This document shows positions 32,001 to 38,457 of a stretch of 64,000 nt of DNA, piece by piece. The translations under genes were made by a program, and so were the position numbers. The stretch comes from a virus. Every line of letters begins with the position of its first letter. Positions within the stretch are counted from its first letter, which is position 1. Under the pieces are notes generated by a model that was not told the origin of the DNA, did not search any database, and saw only the letters and a program-made list of their open reading frames with translations. Where the stretch lies: the IMG/VR virus record IMGVR_UViG_3300042526_000097, positions 25,419 through 89,418 of that record, one strand, 5' to 3'.

Positions 32001-33512
32001 GGTCTAGTAACTGAGTTAGGTAAAGTGAATGAAGAGATAATCCTTAAACGTGTAGATGCAGACTCAGATCCTAACAACCCTTTATTTCAAAGAAGGAAGG
32101 AACTAGAGGAACGTATCAAGCTTATACAAGGAGAAGCTAGGTATGTTACAGCCTCTAAAGTGGGTGATACTATGATTAACTTCCAACAGTTAAAGAGTAT
32201 GTCATACAACCCATTCTCAGCAGTATCTAACCTTACCTTTGGGTATGTTGCTACATACATACATGCAAGGGGATTCAGAGCTGATAAGGATGGCTTCACT
32301 ACTGGGGACTATACAAGACAGCAATTGCAACAGGCTTACAATATGATGAAAGGTAACATAGCCAACTCATGGTTAAAGGCCTTTGGGTATTCTCACTCTG
32401 ACCTATCTAGAAAGATATCAGCACTCATCACAAGAGCTAATGCTATTGAGGCCTTAATAGATACTAGGTTTGGTGGTTCTAATCTTACAGAAAATGCTAG
32501 CAATTTAAAGAAGTTCTTAGATCCTACAGCTGCTCAGAAGTCTGGTGACTGGTTAACTAAAGGAGCAGTCATTGTAGCTCGAGCCCTTAATACACCTGTA
32601 CAAGTTACAGTTAATGGAGAAGTTAAAACTATCAATTTGTTTGAAGCTTTGAATATAGAAGGAGAATGGGATGCAGACAAGTATGGTGAGAACAAAGAGT
32701 GGAGTTCTAAGAATCCTTCAGAGCAAGTAGGTTGGAATAAGTATCTCTTTAGAACTAGAAAGGTGATGTTATTAATATTTGGTAACCAAGATAAGAACAT
32801 ACCTCTAAGTGCTAGAAGTTCTATATGGGGTAGGTTGCTTGGACAGTTCAGGTTATCTTGGATTCCAGAAGGTATCAAGACTAGATGGGGAGCTAACCAA
32901 GGGTATGATGAAATACTAGAAAGAGAGTTAGAGGGTAGATACAGAACTATGCTACGTATGCCTGGCTTTGGTTTACCTTTAATACTCAAGCAGATGGCTA
33001 GTGTAGTTACAGGTCAAGATGCCTTTGAAGGAACTAAAGTTACTTACACTGAGGGTGGTATAGAAAAGACTAGAGATATCAAAGACTTTGAAAAGGAGAA
33101 CATGAGAAGGAATATGGCTGGTATGGCCTACACTGCTCTGTTTGCTTCAATGTACTATCTACTCAAGGCTGCAATACCTGATGAAGAAGAACTTAGAAAG
33201 TTAAGAAGACAAGGTAAGAACCCTGCTACATCCTCTAGGATAGCTGCTAACATTGCCTATAGAAGCTTTCAGGATCTTATACTGTATGCAAGTCCTGATA
33301 TGTTTGAACAGATTACAGGTAATGTAGTTCCTGCATGGTCAGTAGTTTCAGACTTTAAGAAGGCTCTTGCTGCTTGGCATAGAATAGCTTTTGATGACAA
33401 GTATGAATGGGAAGACTTACTTCTTAAACAGACTAAAGCATTTCCATTTACTAACCTGGCTAACAAGTGGGAATTCTACTCTTCACATGATATAAGTGCT
33501 GCAGTAAGATAA
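17049..33512 (+). CDS. virion-packaged DNA-dependent RNA polymerase, polyvalent polyprotein
   Basis: 5487 aa; GARIPNQG (R at 26388) and GSDFDVDKLF (DFDVD at 26505-26519), the two-barrel RNAP motifs of crAss-like vRNAPs; also SF1B helicase, NTase-like and HExxH domains. Confidence 0.9.
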   Translation: MSCYTSPITGQPSVLAQLLDTNYGPMKRDRIMSYIYSDQFLKEHGDFRSPITKIPLDSIGKEPSFEWVQSLIINKQDRTTGLNELSQNLLGFLDKLNVSTEFRSELQSVSGYNAASLTDLLYKTVLVRNDYKNPGLVKETAYVAYSFLGKKNKIRTDLINSIENFKNYPELYQKYKAANGRLSDYKIKELIVIDYLADAIQNDFKHPKDSYINREAEYWQLKSDSKIGRALEILLIKFKNFITNLFNVKLSEQELDALVSDLAHDILTKNFRKFGSELSAKDQLTNYEDTVAKDPVAGNIIDKFTDKLKLVLTGSLSARSQGTFYRSTEENLHDLDFTYQGGNDPQVSKFILDVYRKSSLMPYADRPAFLKKKSTELLKRFQNHPVLLGIKQEFPDFKIENAFMNKSDRFTISGSIGEHVIDLFFTLDTDVDSHTPMFQDWEATFIQKIIMGRRKDIKDFANFIPFFTTQGKIAQTKGFRHFTFKPILNNLEELSPEIEEQLPSAEVTFEMLNPQQKQAYNNTINFLSSPEQLRTLSGYAGTGKTTLTKFIVADLKRKGINFKLASPTHRAKEVLQSSTNEPAMTVAKLLGLGPATELEDFNLVDKIFQPARPDAMPSGGIVIIDEASMINDDLFDYLTSLAARKGSKILFIGDDAQLKPVKQRTISKVFSVEGQDKLTEVMRTSNGNPMPSVVLQPIRDNQNSTRDMFPHTTMLSPFGEGIEFTKDVDSFLEKLSVSVKEMVNSGNLMAVRAAAYTNKEVANLNSYIRAKMFGFGAPKFVEGELMMMYENRFFSGGDWVLPNGMDLLVSKVSRIENKKIKNPITNEYIILSGFELDLQGAKEKEFRETVFVPDTVPKEYLIALNELKDRAIKAYSAADRAAAWKDFFSFDEKVFSINPYYLYNDNVLASPDDFINLLRQNNPSLSSKEIEKILNQHKFKDRTFNYGYAFTIHKSQGGTYDEVFVNEDDVDIASSFTNPDWQMINSLKYVGFSRSSKKTTVLSKKTDNTNAVIPETIYEKPTAPPPPPPPPLSNLTEDEIEQQYQELEDELDLSDYPLVSYLKEDYEDDSVSLLENTKYWISELEKFNSLKSQITEALQAGDNETALNLKKSLDSLTNTGEFNYITSWYEPDREQFRKSSDYIQEKVDVVKGDLEYLKERLEDERQNLVNSLTARQTDTELGVYEEFGTYYKFNTSPSGVITGEYKQGKDGEWKPLNNKTAQDKHERFVSPPQAPVQLQQQTLPPPPPPPSVQTTEQIYSQLGDKTKSKEAPNVILPEDLGLKFDGSHKSNMWTVLSPNFKKQYPNGVIAYRGKVDSSAIGNPFSVTNRGEDTVKQFIEWIITGNNFGVETILMGGKNYKLSDLRNEYINIIKKAKGEKILYYKELGRPSHATALDYLINRYNWNQPTAQQTSLPPVSSTPAIANKATTQPSTSVEVIPLNESQRFTRESADTDSEYMYLFTDNAGRTSGSGVIDPNGWYAKKYGADKKYASKTQAVARGLNNVYPITTMVDDKRTQWTDAQFDTYKKIIDDEIATIKEASKNYKGIKFGAEMPFGKGAISNMKDSAPKIWNYLNTKLAEIGIDNTGDMPIPTQQSANPTQPSGNTASPVTIEPLILPDSLTVTKRSEVTQANIDSMKSTLKLAFVMKAAENPTQQFKVPWQNPSANKTVDNYGFNQSDYARIMDEIRMEMGDRFPSNLIFFPAFEFAMNNNPERLMKVYADRIKEFTAGRSALRLNDLEMAKMTSKMEISITTPDGTVVDYFTKRHGSGAQEAVGSLMLTAFLDLYNKANGRVSAPHLIGQILLMAKGHSNIAGPNQSVWTDIVSSFTFKGDDPKLGLLDLLFENLAHLGYRIDYNSKVALKDYFSEKKNDPGFMQSNFDKTLNLEDSKDWERDYNDYLEDTIDLIEVDDMKAKTLRDWQDSAFERSSKDQATARLKLFVANQKLMESFSVGAVKYDPTDTTAIDLTDSIKTVDTMTLAQARQINGKKVMHKQFSPEYLEKTILAKFPRIPQKGLFGFPSIVPFDTLYENTQGVLSSIPGLESNISKAVELLRAEEDPNLTELADRLEKADGRTQREFIKVMNMQYNEFYVVNINRRTNNGNNYSESRVFGAQRYSQDQMIVERWKQSQVLAPIIKIRPNGERVIDVDRARVHAEVIKILSKLDRVDELTDENVIPYAMMLAQEVNKSPELQQFFEGINLVELVNEERVRTRLPKEAQRLQQKSLIAKMFAEHGIDLNSKVLDDLAAYYYKDGRRMDAVSNSLKNTKMRSSWIGQFSETESTGKPNGIFSAFFYAAAGMSNSNDIDSEVTEDLENSVIQNNPLYTESTTTKILAKFARKHVDKLFNAVHTNLEGKQIWDYSLPTSLSRAVLDLTTNHNNYTEKLKASVWGNNHYLKESRLSNLKLGYFEGLKVDNSQTGTIRQRMSDRQQLLSSILLYQNQGRDSAFMVSLTHSDKTTTPVFSGIPKVNVVSDEGGISKDVIEAFYTIFEGEWQRILQVQKLKKDQGTTGSKSMDTSGQHFLLLPSLNFESLSDAEKLVLFDEDGNVKSFLDEAGVEFIKSKIGNYLNVIFDDAKAYWESNGITNELLDSTYLTKAYKTLQGTAAQKAEMALDTAIADYVFNSTLWNMSSAIMLMGDPANAAWKGNVEKTMAEYTKRLAKDIAPRQQLMFERQSYSQLTVADVEMKYEYATKFGSNVQKSVATDAQELTTVREHLDVMRAAGKVSDDMYKTLIAKVNKFDTKEEEDFTPEELTAMLEDGSGPMQPNKPIYAGVRFKNGLVLYDYIKSSSVPLFPQFTKNSELDKVRLLMEGKVPGLDRFSRLVFESGSKNGNSNDPLKLFSADGSFLEPTPEKLMSNTRMLDRANFGIQQEVPFDMNKDEVNVITQMDKLIVEGILGMGNFTIGNQLGVSGSQVRAMKEDTRIKAARIKLKKLYEKLGVADNTKTIPASKVIKMLIEAARESEFSPNDIALLEDTLKITNDDNAVEVSTYPLFFHSAVERFEKLILAKVKSITEFKMPGKSYVQVSSIGLIRQDNLSDKARLGVITVGDFDMSKPLRHMQIDETTGEVIPAQVIMPFNFMIDGKKADIRDYIVDGKIDLDRIPRELLQLVGARIPNQGHNSMMAIEIVGFTPDWMGDAIIVPSAITGQMGSDFDVDKLFTYQRPYMHNSATGKFETYQETGTNIGSSPEEFDELENLANKRMEALGYKKNDDGSFPRREVRRTVETIAKERYGDEVPTHPIERGEKTLEELQQDYFNIHWGVLTHPEMYTKVMKALDKGDLGFDKGAANNLFERKSEGPNMFFSPISQLKTFQSGKDAKDLVGMTSLSSTFDSNLQNRSLRLGTYVKDTKSGEVSEVEDSVLLDGIDLTTISGEALSQGYESKFNPDGTPDFSTWYSKHDNITIDQSGAVDNAKDRRLDNLNITMATYPAFDAMNKLHGETKDGNRSVSKLFQCALSNQDILVEYTREYRKGNDSLSEEEEYSVDLRSTIVKSLKEKYKKLYKELTGKDATWDDTNAVNLDMKTLTKAFKESQKGEALSPEYYLTQLKVLSTFDYLSSIGERLRELQKTLNQDTNGAGPNLLYVLQQLDNFDNLYKQNSTKLFLNEDSLISGQMKELFDMTVPVAKDLLSSVFPVEAIKNVVGTVASYQGKSMSQLSLKTQKDIVRQMRSFTVSSSPALAVDTTTERARLLYGTDTVDSLAKRVERAKMLNPDNTFLKRLDTKINTVGRGPDFVSTIIQRSGRMTDNAVIQDFARLLQSNDQFLRELGEDLVNYALTLTPQASSTSIVSKIPAGVILGTDIASQLRFEDTVLKAMGNMPKGYIDQLHQHSPSLATKVSKKIIKKGLSQYEVDGREYPEVLALQVKHLTAIEKIQLRTFKPTPIEEKFAPYLRFYSKEEGKTILYKLVSEGNFLTYQRIDTLGKKGVVEYNSSVQGPVRSLFPENRAAFDYKSEEVLRSLEVATEDLINKTSDPNNAYSRWGITDGGQDVLTRGLEQLSADSSVPTYLRTLSQALAETAERTSDLEARMSMDYALNPLTVKTTTSGGRGSYNAGSNTLSLRLNADVKKSAVVLLHETLHQRSSALLHALGWVSRERLKIQNSGMSEETFEKLWQEYQTKSLEFAKKNPEVYEKVKELDRLRLQAFEQLKAQLISQGIDMDAKMQDIFRDKIDGSKEDKLLYSLSSMSEFIAHNLTDSDMMEFLNTVESTTESSFIDRLIDSFLNFFSEMINALGINYNDKSILKECLALTYDITGLNNTERLQGINENFAPQSVFADTESMANHLQNTIENVYNQNVVRTDNHLGHLLNIEEKLPSTPFTGGTEFFNETINKLSRQLQQLDNTMARPVVTDEDRKRRNQALLIYNEAKEDYDKLSTSKDEMQMMDTATRQLEWVKSVVSKPSIHLQEVTIAWSILDTWGSMSDIYTTNYIPGDVVKETLQNVEGLATILSKQMLKQSMFSVITAGERQTNIKLTPEDLGLNLKELGWLEKEVIALERDMNKASQMLTTFAQYQVQNAQSQFRDLTNTLKEFKKLVDPSDYSKFIQENEEGSVFGLVQELHPNWFKKTAGARYQLKSWLEGMFGLDMKDPLQRARRLDGAKAAYNAFWKDMLATGEVVRIDKLLDLATGDLRTDPEALAEIARLKAASRENLVDDIIAKSQADYKKYLGLKAAKEEEIDNSEKTADFNLTPAEEIAYMAMSPADQLTFKLSTILRLTVAMKEQKKREWEYFNSPVNFLNTMPQASVSIDENLYLQNGRFKPWFVPKNIPENFDKKYDIINNNANLKKGYDILKNLSEQFRSYLPPTIAENLHENFLPIISPEMMAEASGTLSRLKQTGVGRSMLNSISSSRTETMKRDEGGIPISYVSEAPRVIDSRGKRTKKIDMSKVSTDLPRMFEMFGEMAIHYNAMYPVGEIMDVAKRLVMEENKNRAARGDKGLPNLVNLMKFYQDAVVYRKSKQLEGVDTTPVYSLNPMKHYARKAEMAGLVTELGKVNEEIILKRVDADSDPNNPLFQRRKELEERIKLIQGEARYVTASKVGDTMINFQQLKSMSYNPFSAVSNLTFGYVATYIHARGFRADKDGFTTGDYTRQQLQQAYNMMKGNIANSWLKAFGYSHSDLSRKISALITRANAIEALIDTRFGGSNLTENASNLKKFLDPTAAQKSGDWLTKGAVIVARALNTPVQVTVNGEVKTINLFEALNIEGEWDADKYGENKEWSSKNPSEQVGWNKYLFRTRKVMLLIFGNQDKNIPLSARSSIWGRLLGQFRLSWIPEGIKTRWGANQGYDEILERELEGRYRTMLRMPGFGLPLILKQMASVVTGQDAFEGTKVTYTEGGIEKTRDIKDFEKENMRRNMAGMAYTALFASMYYLLKAAIPDEEELRKLRRQGKNPATSSRIAANIAYRSFQDLILYASPDMFEQITGNVVPAWSVVSDFKKALAAWHRIAFDDKYEWEDLLLKQTKAFPFTNLANKWEFYSSHDISAAVR

Positions 33513-33526
33513 CACTATAGTAAAAG

Positions 33527-33557
33527 CTGGTACTACAATTGAGAGTACCAGTTTTAT
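33527..33557 (+). terminator. intrinsic terminator after vRNAP
   Basis: CTGGTACT-9 nt-AGTACCAG followed by TTTTAT. Confidence 0.6.
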
Positions 33558-33559
33558 AC

Positions 33560-33569
33560 TATCTTTGTA
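33560..33569 (+). promoter_or_regulatory. TAnnTTTG late promoter
   Basis: TATCTTTGTA 5 nt before in-frame ATG 33575. Confidence 0.7.
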
Positions 33570-33574
33570 CCACT

Positions 33575-34369
33575 ATGTTTACACCTAAGATCAGCATATC
33601 AGTCCCTAATACTTCTACTTCTGTAACTATTACAGACATTACAGGCACATACCCTACTGACAGCACCGGGTATGGACAGGGGTCTGGTTCCCCCGCTAGT
33701 AATGCTGTTTGGAATAAGTTAGTCTATGCTCTGTTCCTTGGAGATTCTCCTACCAAACTTAACTTTTTACCTTACACTACTAATATAGATGTATCTGCTT
33801 CTTTAGTAGGTGACTTTAAAGATGGTATTTGGTTATTCACTCAATACTTTTGTGAAGAAGTTGAAAACTTAACCTATACACTTAACACTGCTAAAACTGT
33901 AATGACTAAGGGAGATGGTGATGTGTGGGATAGTTCTTCTACAGGTAGTATCTTCTCAGGAGTTTATGGTCTTATCTACAATGGGTCTTCAACAGAACCT
34001 AGTGTCATAGATAATATAAGTGTAATCAACTCATTGACTAATCCTTCTATTACACTATCTTCTGCACTTACAGGAGCTTCTGCTAACTCTAATGTATGGA
34101 GAGTATATAGAGTACAGAAGTATGTACTGATAATGAATGAGGCAGAATCTAAGTTGATAGCAGATATTGGAGATATGTCCTTGAATGCTCTACACTGTGG
34201 AGTTGGATGTGATGCTGAGAAAGCTTCTAAGTTGTGGAATAGAATGTTATTAAAATACAGTGCTCAGATAAACATGTCTTGTGGTAACTACATTAAGGCA
34301 CATAATGCTGCTGTACTTTTTGCTCAAACTTGTAGTGACCCTAACCCTAACTGTACATCCTGTGAGTAA
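33575..34369 (+). CDS. putative tail/structural protein, Cys-rich C-terminus
   Basis: Start reassigned to ATG 33575; ITDITGTYP..TGYG N-terminus; ends CSDPNPNCTSCE. Confidence 0.55.
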   Translation: MFTPKISISVPNTSTSVTITDITGTYPTDSTGYGQGSGSPASNAVWNKLVYALFLGDSPTKLNFLPYTTNIDVSASLVGDFKDGIWLFTQYFCEEVENLTYTLNTAKTVMTKGDGDVWDSSSTGSIFSGVYGLIYNGSSTEPSVIDNISVINSLTNPSITLSSALTGASANSNVWRVYRVQKYVLIMNEAESKLIADIGDMSLNALHCGVGCDAEKASKLWNRMLLKYSAQINMSCGNYIKAHNAAVLFAQTCSDPNPNCTSCE

Positions 34370-34676
34370 CTTATACAAAATATCAGATTTTACAGGCTTT
34401 ATCACTAATGAGGAGGTCTGTAAAGCTTTATCAGGAGCAGAAGCTAAGATGGCTGATGCAGCTTTAAACATGGGATACAATGAGTTGTATCAGTTGGCAC
34501 ACAACAAGTGCAGTCCTAGTGACAAGAAAGCTGTGTACTGCTTATTCTTATACATCTATGCTTTAAGTTCTTTCCCTACTAATGGGGAGTCTGAATATAC
34601 CTTTTTGACTGAAGACCAACTATCAGGTCTATTAATTAATGTAGAACAAATATCTAAATCCTGCTGCTGTGAGTAA
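34362..34676 (+). CDS. small Cys-rich structural protein
   Basis: Likely GTG start at 34362 overlapping the upstream stop; ends SKSCCCE. Confidence 0.5.
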   Translation: MSNLYKISDFTGFITNEEVCKALSGAEAKMADAALNMGYNELYQLAHNKCSPSDKKAVYCLFLYIYALSSFPTNGESEYTFLTEDQLSGLLINVEQISKSCCCE

Positions 34677-36006
34677 CTGTACAACTTGTGGAGGTTTCCT
34701 CCGAGACCCATTTGATTTATCTACTACTACCTCTAGTGGTTGTCAGTGCAATACTGGAGGATTAGTAACAGAAAGCTCAGCTTTACCTACAGATACTTGC
34801 TGTGTTAGCTCTGTAAATGGACAAGTAGGTGTGGTTACTTTGACTACAGCTAATGTAACTGCAGCTACAGGTTATAGTTATTACAATGATACTTTAGTTG
34901 CAGCTTTTATAGATGCTACTACTCCAATAGTTTTTAATACAAGTACAGGAACTATTTCTCATGCTAACAGTGGTGCAACTGCTGGAACGTATGGTGGAAG
35001 TACTACTTACCCTGTCATTACAGTTAATGCTACAGGACATGTTACATCAGTTTCAAATCAATCTTTTTCAGCAGTAAGTATAGGTGCAGACCTAACTGCT
35101 ATAGAAGCTTTAACAGGTACAGGGTATCTGATTAGAATAGGTCCAGACACTTGGGCTTTAAGATCTATTTCAGGGGCATCAGGCCGTGTTGTATTTACAT
35201 ACCCGGATGGAGTAACAGGTTCTACTGTAATAGATTTAGCTGCTAGTGGAGTAGTTGCAGGTACTTATGGCAGTTCTATTTCATACCCTGTAATTAGTGT
35301 AGATACTTATGGTAGAGTTATTACTGCTTCAAGCTTAGTAATACCAACACCTACTCTTCCCGCACACACTCATACCCTAGGTGAATTATCTAATGTTAAT
35401 GATGCAGTAGATACTACGGCAGCTGTTAATGATGTTTTATATTGGACAGGTACTCAATGGTCTTACAAGAGTATTGCTGCAGGTACAGTACTGTATGATA
35501 GTGTTACAATAACTCCTAATGGTTCTTGGACAGTATGTACAGGAGATGGAGATGTTGATACTAGTTTAATGGACCAACCTATTAACCTTGTTAGGAAATT
35601 AGATGACCCTAAATTTGACAATGTAACTTACATTCATTATGCAGTTTATATTACAAAAGCTTCTTTTGCTGCACTTGCCACATTAACCACTGTAGGAACT
35701 AGAAAATATTCAAATGATTTAGCTATAGGGACATTGCCTGTAAACTATAGACCTATTCATACAGTAAGTTTTCCTGGTACAGCAGTACTTTGGGGAGCTT
35801 CTTATTGGAGTACTGGTCATACTACACAGTTTGCGAATACGCAAGTTTTAGATAGCATCTCTATTGTTATTAAACCTAATGGAACAATATCAATGAATTT
35901 AGCTTATGCAGATGCAACAGTTTTATGGGCCACATTAGCAAGTGTTGATTATTTAATAGTACCTGTAAGTTGTTCATTCCCTTCTAAAAAGTTTGTAACA
36001 TCATAA
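34669..36006 (+). CDS. tail fibre protein
   Basis: VSSVNGQVGVVTL motif; two SG..AGTYG....PVI.V...G.V repeats; LGELSNV..DVLYWTGTQW; IGTLPVNYRP. Confidence 0.75.
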   Translation: MSNCTTCGGFLRDPFDLSTTTSSGCQCNTGGLVTESSALPTDTCCVSSVNGQVGVVTLTTANVTAATGYSYYNDTLVAAFIDATTPIVFNTSTGTISHANSGATAGTYGGSTTYPVITVNATGHVTSVSNQSFSAVSIGADLTAIEALTGTGYLIRIGPDTWALRSISGASGRVVFTYPDGVTGSTVIDLAASGVVAGTYGSSISYPVISVDTYGRVITASSLVIPTPTLPAHTHTLGELSNVNDAVDTTAAVNDVLYWTGTQWSYKSIAAGTVLYDSVTITPNGSWTVCTGDGDVDTSLMDQPINLVRKLDDPKFDNVTYIHYAVYITKASFAALATLTTVGTRKYSNDLAIGTLPVNYRPIHTVSFPGTAVLWGASYWSTGHTTQFANTQVLDSISIVIKPNGTISMNLAYADATVLWATLASVDYLIVPVSCSFPSKKFVTS

Positions 36007-36007
36007 T

Positions 36008-36289
36008 ATGAGTTCATTAAGAAACATAGCAGAAGGATGGTATAACTTCATAAATGCAACATCTTATACAAAAAGATTAATGCAGTCTCGTCTAGAGATC
36101 TGTGACACCTGCCCTAGCAAGGAGCAGTTAAGTAGTATTGGAGAAAAGATAGTTACAACTATTAATAAGGAAGGTAACCTTTTCAAATGTAAAGAATGTG
36201 GTTGTCCATTGGCAGCAAAGACAGCTAACTTCAAAGAAAAATGCCCATTAGGTAAATGGGATATATCAGGAACCGAATCATACTACTAA
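36008..36289 (+). CDS. small Zn-finger-like protein
   Basis: RLEICDTCP...CKECGCPL..KT....CPLGKW. Confidence 0.65.
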   Translation: MSSLRNIAEGWYNFINATSYTKRLMQSRLEICDTCPSKEQLSSIGEKIVTTINKEGNLFKCKECGCPLAAKTANFKEKCPLGKWDISGTESYY

Positions 36290-36290
36290 C

Positions 36291-36791
36291 ATGAACACAC
36301 TATCAATCTTCAAATACCCACTTCTACTTGTAACAGGAACATCCTTTGCAACATCTTTTGCCTGGTTATCAGTCAAGTATCTACCCTCTTTGATGATATT
36401 CTTTTGGCTAGTCCTAGCTGTACTAGGAGACCTATTGACAGGACTTCTTAAAGCATGGGCCAAAGGTCAGGTCACAAGTTCAACCGGCCTTAGAAGAACT
36501 GCTACTAAGATAGGTTCATACTGTGGAGCTATTATAGTAGTCATTATACTGATCAACATGCTAGGTATAGTTGACACTACCAACAGTTATAATCTTAAGA
36601 TTTTAATAGATGGCCTTATAGGTTTTATGGTATTCATTGAACTTTATTCTATTTGTGAAAATATATCAGAAGCATATCCAAATAGTCCCTTAACTTTGTG
36701 GTTGATAGAACCTATAATGTTAAAACTAAAAGGTAAATTTTTTAAACCTCCAACACCCCTAGATGATGCAACTACTCCGTCAAAGCTTTAA
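36291..36791 (+). CDS. holin
   Basis: Several TM segments; DLLTGLLKA, SSTGLRRT..K and ELYSICEN motifs of the phage holin 4-1 type. Confidence 0.8.
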   Translation: MNTLSIFKYPLLLVTGTSFATSFAWLSVKYLPSLMIFFWLVLAVLGDLLTGLLKAWAKGQVTSSTGLRRTATKIGSYCGAIIVVIILINMLGIVDTTNSYNLKILIDGLIGFMVFIELYSICENISEAYPNSPLTLWLIEPIMLKLKGKFFKPPTPLDDATTPSKL

Positions 36792-37296
36792 TGTCTTTAC
36801 TTTCTTTGTGATATTGTCATTGGCAGTATCCTCTTGCTACTCTTCTAAAGAGAAAGTACAAAAACTATTTGATAAATACCCTGTACAAACTGAGAGTGAG
36901 TGTGTATCTAGATACCCAGTCAATACTGAGTCATCTATAATACATGAGTTCATTCCAGGAGACACTGTCTACATTCCTAGTAATGTCATAGACTGTGATT
37001 CAGTCATTAAGTCTACTAAGGGTATTACAGATACAGTTTACTTAAAGAAGTTAGTGCATGTCCCATGTCCTCCTTCAAGAATTGTACATGATACTATGCA
37101 TATCTCTGAGAAGAGTGTAGTAGAAGATACTAGGAAGATTGACCTACTCAAAGGACAGATTTCTACATACCAAACAAAGGTAGATGAAATGTCAAAGAAG
37201 TTAGACAAAGTCAAAGCTACTAGAAATAAATTTATAGGAGGCTTTCTAGCCTTAGGTATTGGCCTTCTCATTTTAATTTACATAAGATTCAACTAG
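36763..37296 (+). CDS. putative unimolecular spanin (lipoprotein)
   Basis: Signal peptide plus lipobox LAVSSC, coiled coil, C-terminal TM FIGGFLALGIGLLILIYI; lies between holin and endolysin. Confidence 0.65.
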   Translation: MMQLLRQSFNVFTFFVILSLAVSSCYSSKEKVQKLFDKYPVQTESECVSRYPVNTESSIIHEFIPGDTVYIPSNVIDCDSVIKSTKGITDTVYLKKLVHVPCPPSRIVHDTMHISEKSVVEDTRKIDLLKGQISTYQTKVDEMSKKLDKVKATRNKFIGGFLALGIGLLILIYIRFN

Positions 37297-37302
37297 CATT
37301 CC

Positions 37303-37842
37303 GTGATATATAGGTACAACAAGGCAACCTTAGACCTTATAAAAAGTTTCGAAAGTTTACATGATGGTGACCTTAAGACTATTGGTCTACAACCTAAGAT
37401 GGATCCAATAGGTATATGGACTGAAGGTTACGGCCGGGCTATGATAGACCCAAGGACCAAAGGACATCTTAGAGGTGTAAGTAATAAAGACTTAGCCTAC
37501 AAGTTAGCTAGTATCAAGACAGAAGAAGAGGCAATTAAAGCACTGAATGATGACCTAACTAGACTAGCTTATAAACCAATACTAGTTATACTAGATGGAG
37601 ATAGATGGGTAAGTCTGACAGACAATCAACAAGGGGCCCTTTCTTCTTTTGTATACAATTGTGGAGTAGGTAGACCTCAATACAAGATCTTCAATAACAT
37701 AATAAAGTGGTTGGAAAAAGAGATGAGTAATGAAGCATTAGCTTCTTACTGGAACAGCTCTGTAGTTAAAGCTAATGGTAAAGAGTTAGCAGGTTTAGTA
37801 CGTAGAAGAAGAGCAGAGTCTAACCTCTTCTTTCAAGCCTAA
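37303..37842 (+). CDS. endolysin, GH24 phage lysozyme
   Basis: LIKSFES..DPIGIWTEGYG, ALSSFVYNCG, LAGLVRRRRAESNLF. Confidence 0.9.
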   Translation: MIYRYNKATLDLIKSFESLHDGDLKTIGLQPKMDPIGIWTEGYGRAMIDPRTKGHLRGVSNKDLAYKLASIKTEEEAIKALNDDLTRLAYKPILVILDGDRWVSLTDNQQGALSSFVYNCGVGRPQYKIFNNIIKWLEKEMSNEALASYWNSSVVKANGKELAGLVRRRRAESNLFFQA

Positions 37843-37851
37843 AGGTGATAG

Positions 37852-37886
37852 AAAAAAAACCCCATAGCCAAAGGCTACAGGGTTTC
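37852..37886 (-). terminator. terminator at the convergent module junction
   Basis: AAACCC..TAGCC-AAA-GGCTA..GGGTTT hairpin with an A8 tract (U8 on the - strand). Confidence 0.6.
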
Positions 37887-38432
37887 TGTGTAATCAACTT
37901 GTTTCTTAAAGAACATATAGTCTTCGGGAGCTTCTAACAGTTCAGTTGTTGGATCAGTGTCAAGAATAGAAAGTTCTCCTTCATTATAAAGGTGTCTTTT
38001 CCACTCTTCAATTAGAACAGGACTTCTAGATAAGGCAATTAAACGAAAGTCACTAAACTGTAACCCATTTCGTTCTTCTTGATACTCTAGTCCAGAATTA
38101 AGTCGTATGAAGTGCTTTGCACTATCAGACATTAAACTGTACTTTCCGTCCATAAAGTGCCTTACATCTTCTACCCATAAATCTGGAAAGTAGAATTCTA
38201 GATACTCTTCTTTGTCAGTAGTCATAACTAGTACACTCCCTTGTCTTACACCCTCAGGAACATACTTGGCATTATAAACTCTAACATAAATTGACTCACC
38301 ATCCTCTGACAAGAAACTGTTTATGAAGTTACTCTCCCCAAAGCTGTGCTCTGAGAGTCCTAGCAATGGTAGTAGAAAATAAGTACAGAGATTTACTTCT
38401 GTCATTGCTTTTATCATCTTTTGTAATTCCAT
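37875..38432 (-). CDS. hypothetical protein
   Basis: Start reassigned to ATG 38432, preceded by TACCTTTG at 38450-38457. Confidence 0.6.
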   Translation of the reverse strand: MELQKMIKAMTEVNLCTYFLLPLLGLSEHSFGESNFINSFLSEDGESIYVRVYNAKYVPEGVRQGSVLVMTTDKEEYLEFYFPDLWVEDVRHFMDGKYSLMSDSAKHFIRLNSGLEYQEERNGLQFSDFRLIALSRSPVLIEEWKRHLYNEGELSILDTDPTTELLEAPEDYMFFKKQVDYTETL

Positions 38433-38457
38433 AATTGTCTTATTTAGGACAAAGGTA

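Noticed and set aside
643-33466. Many short antisense and nested ORFs in the ORF track
   Set aside because: They are shadows of long coding genes, with no recognisable motifs or start context
17049-33512. Inteins explaining the size of the vRNAP
   Set aside because: No C-terminal HN-[CST] splice junction or LAGLIDADG motifs noticed
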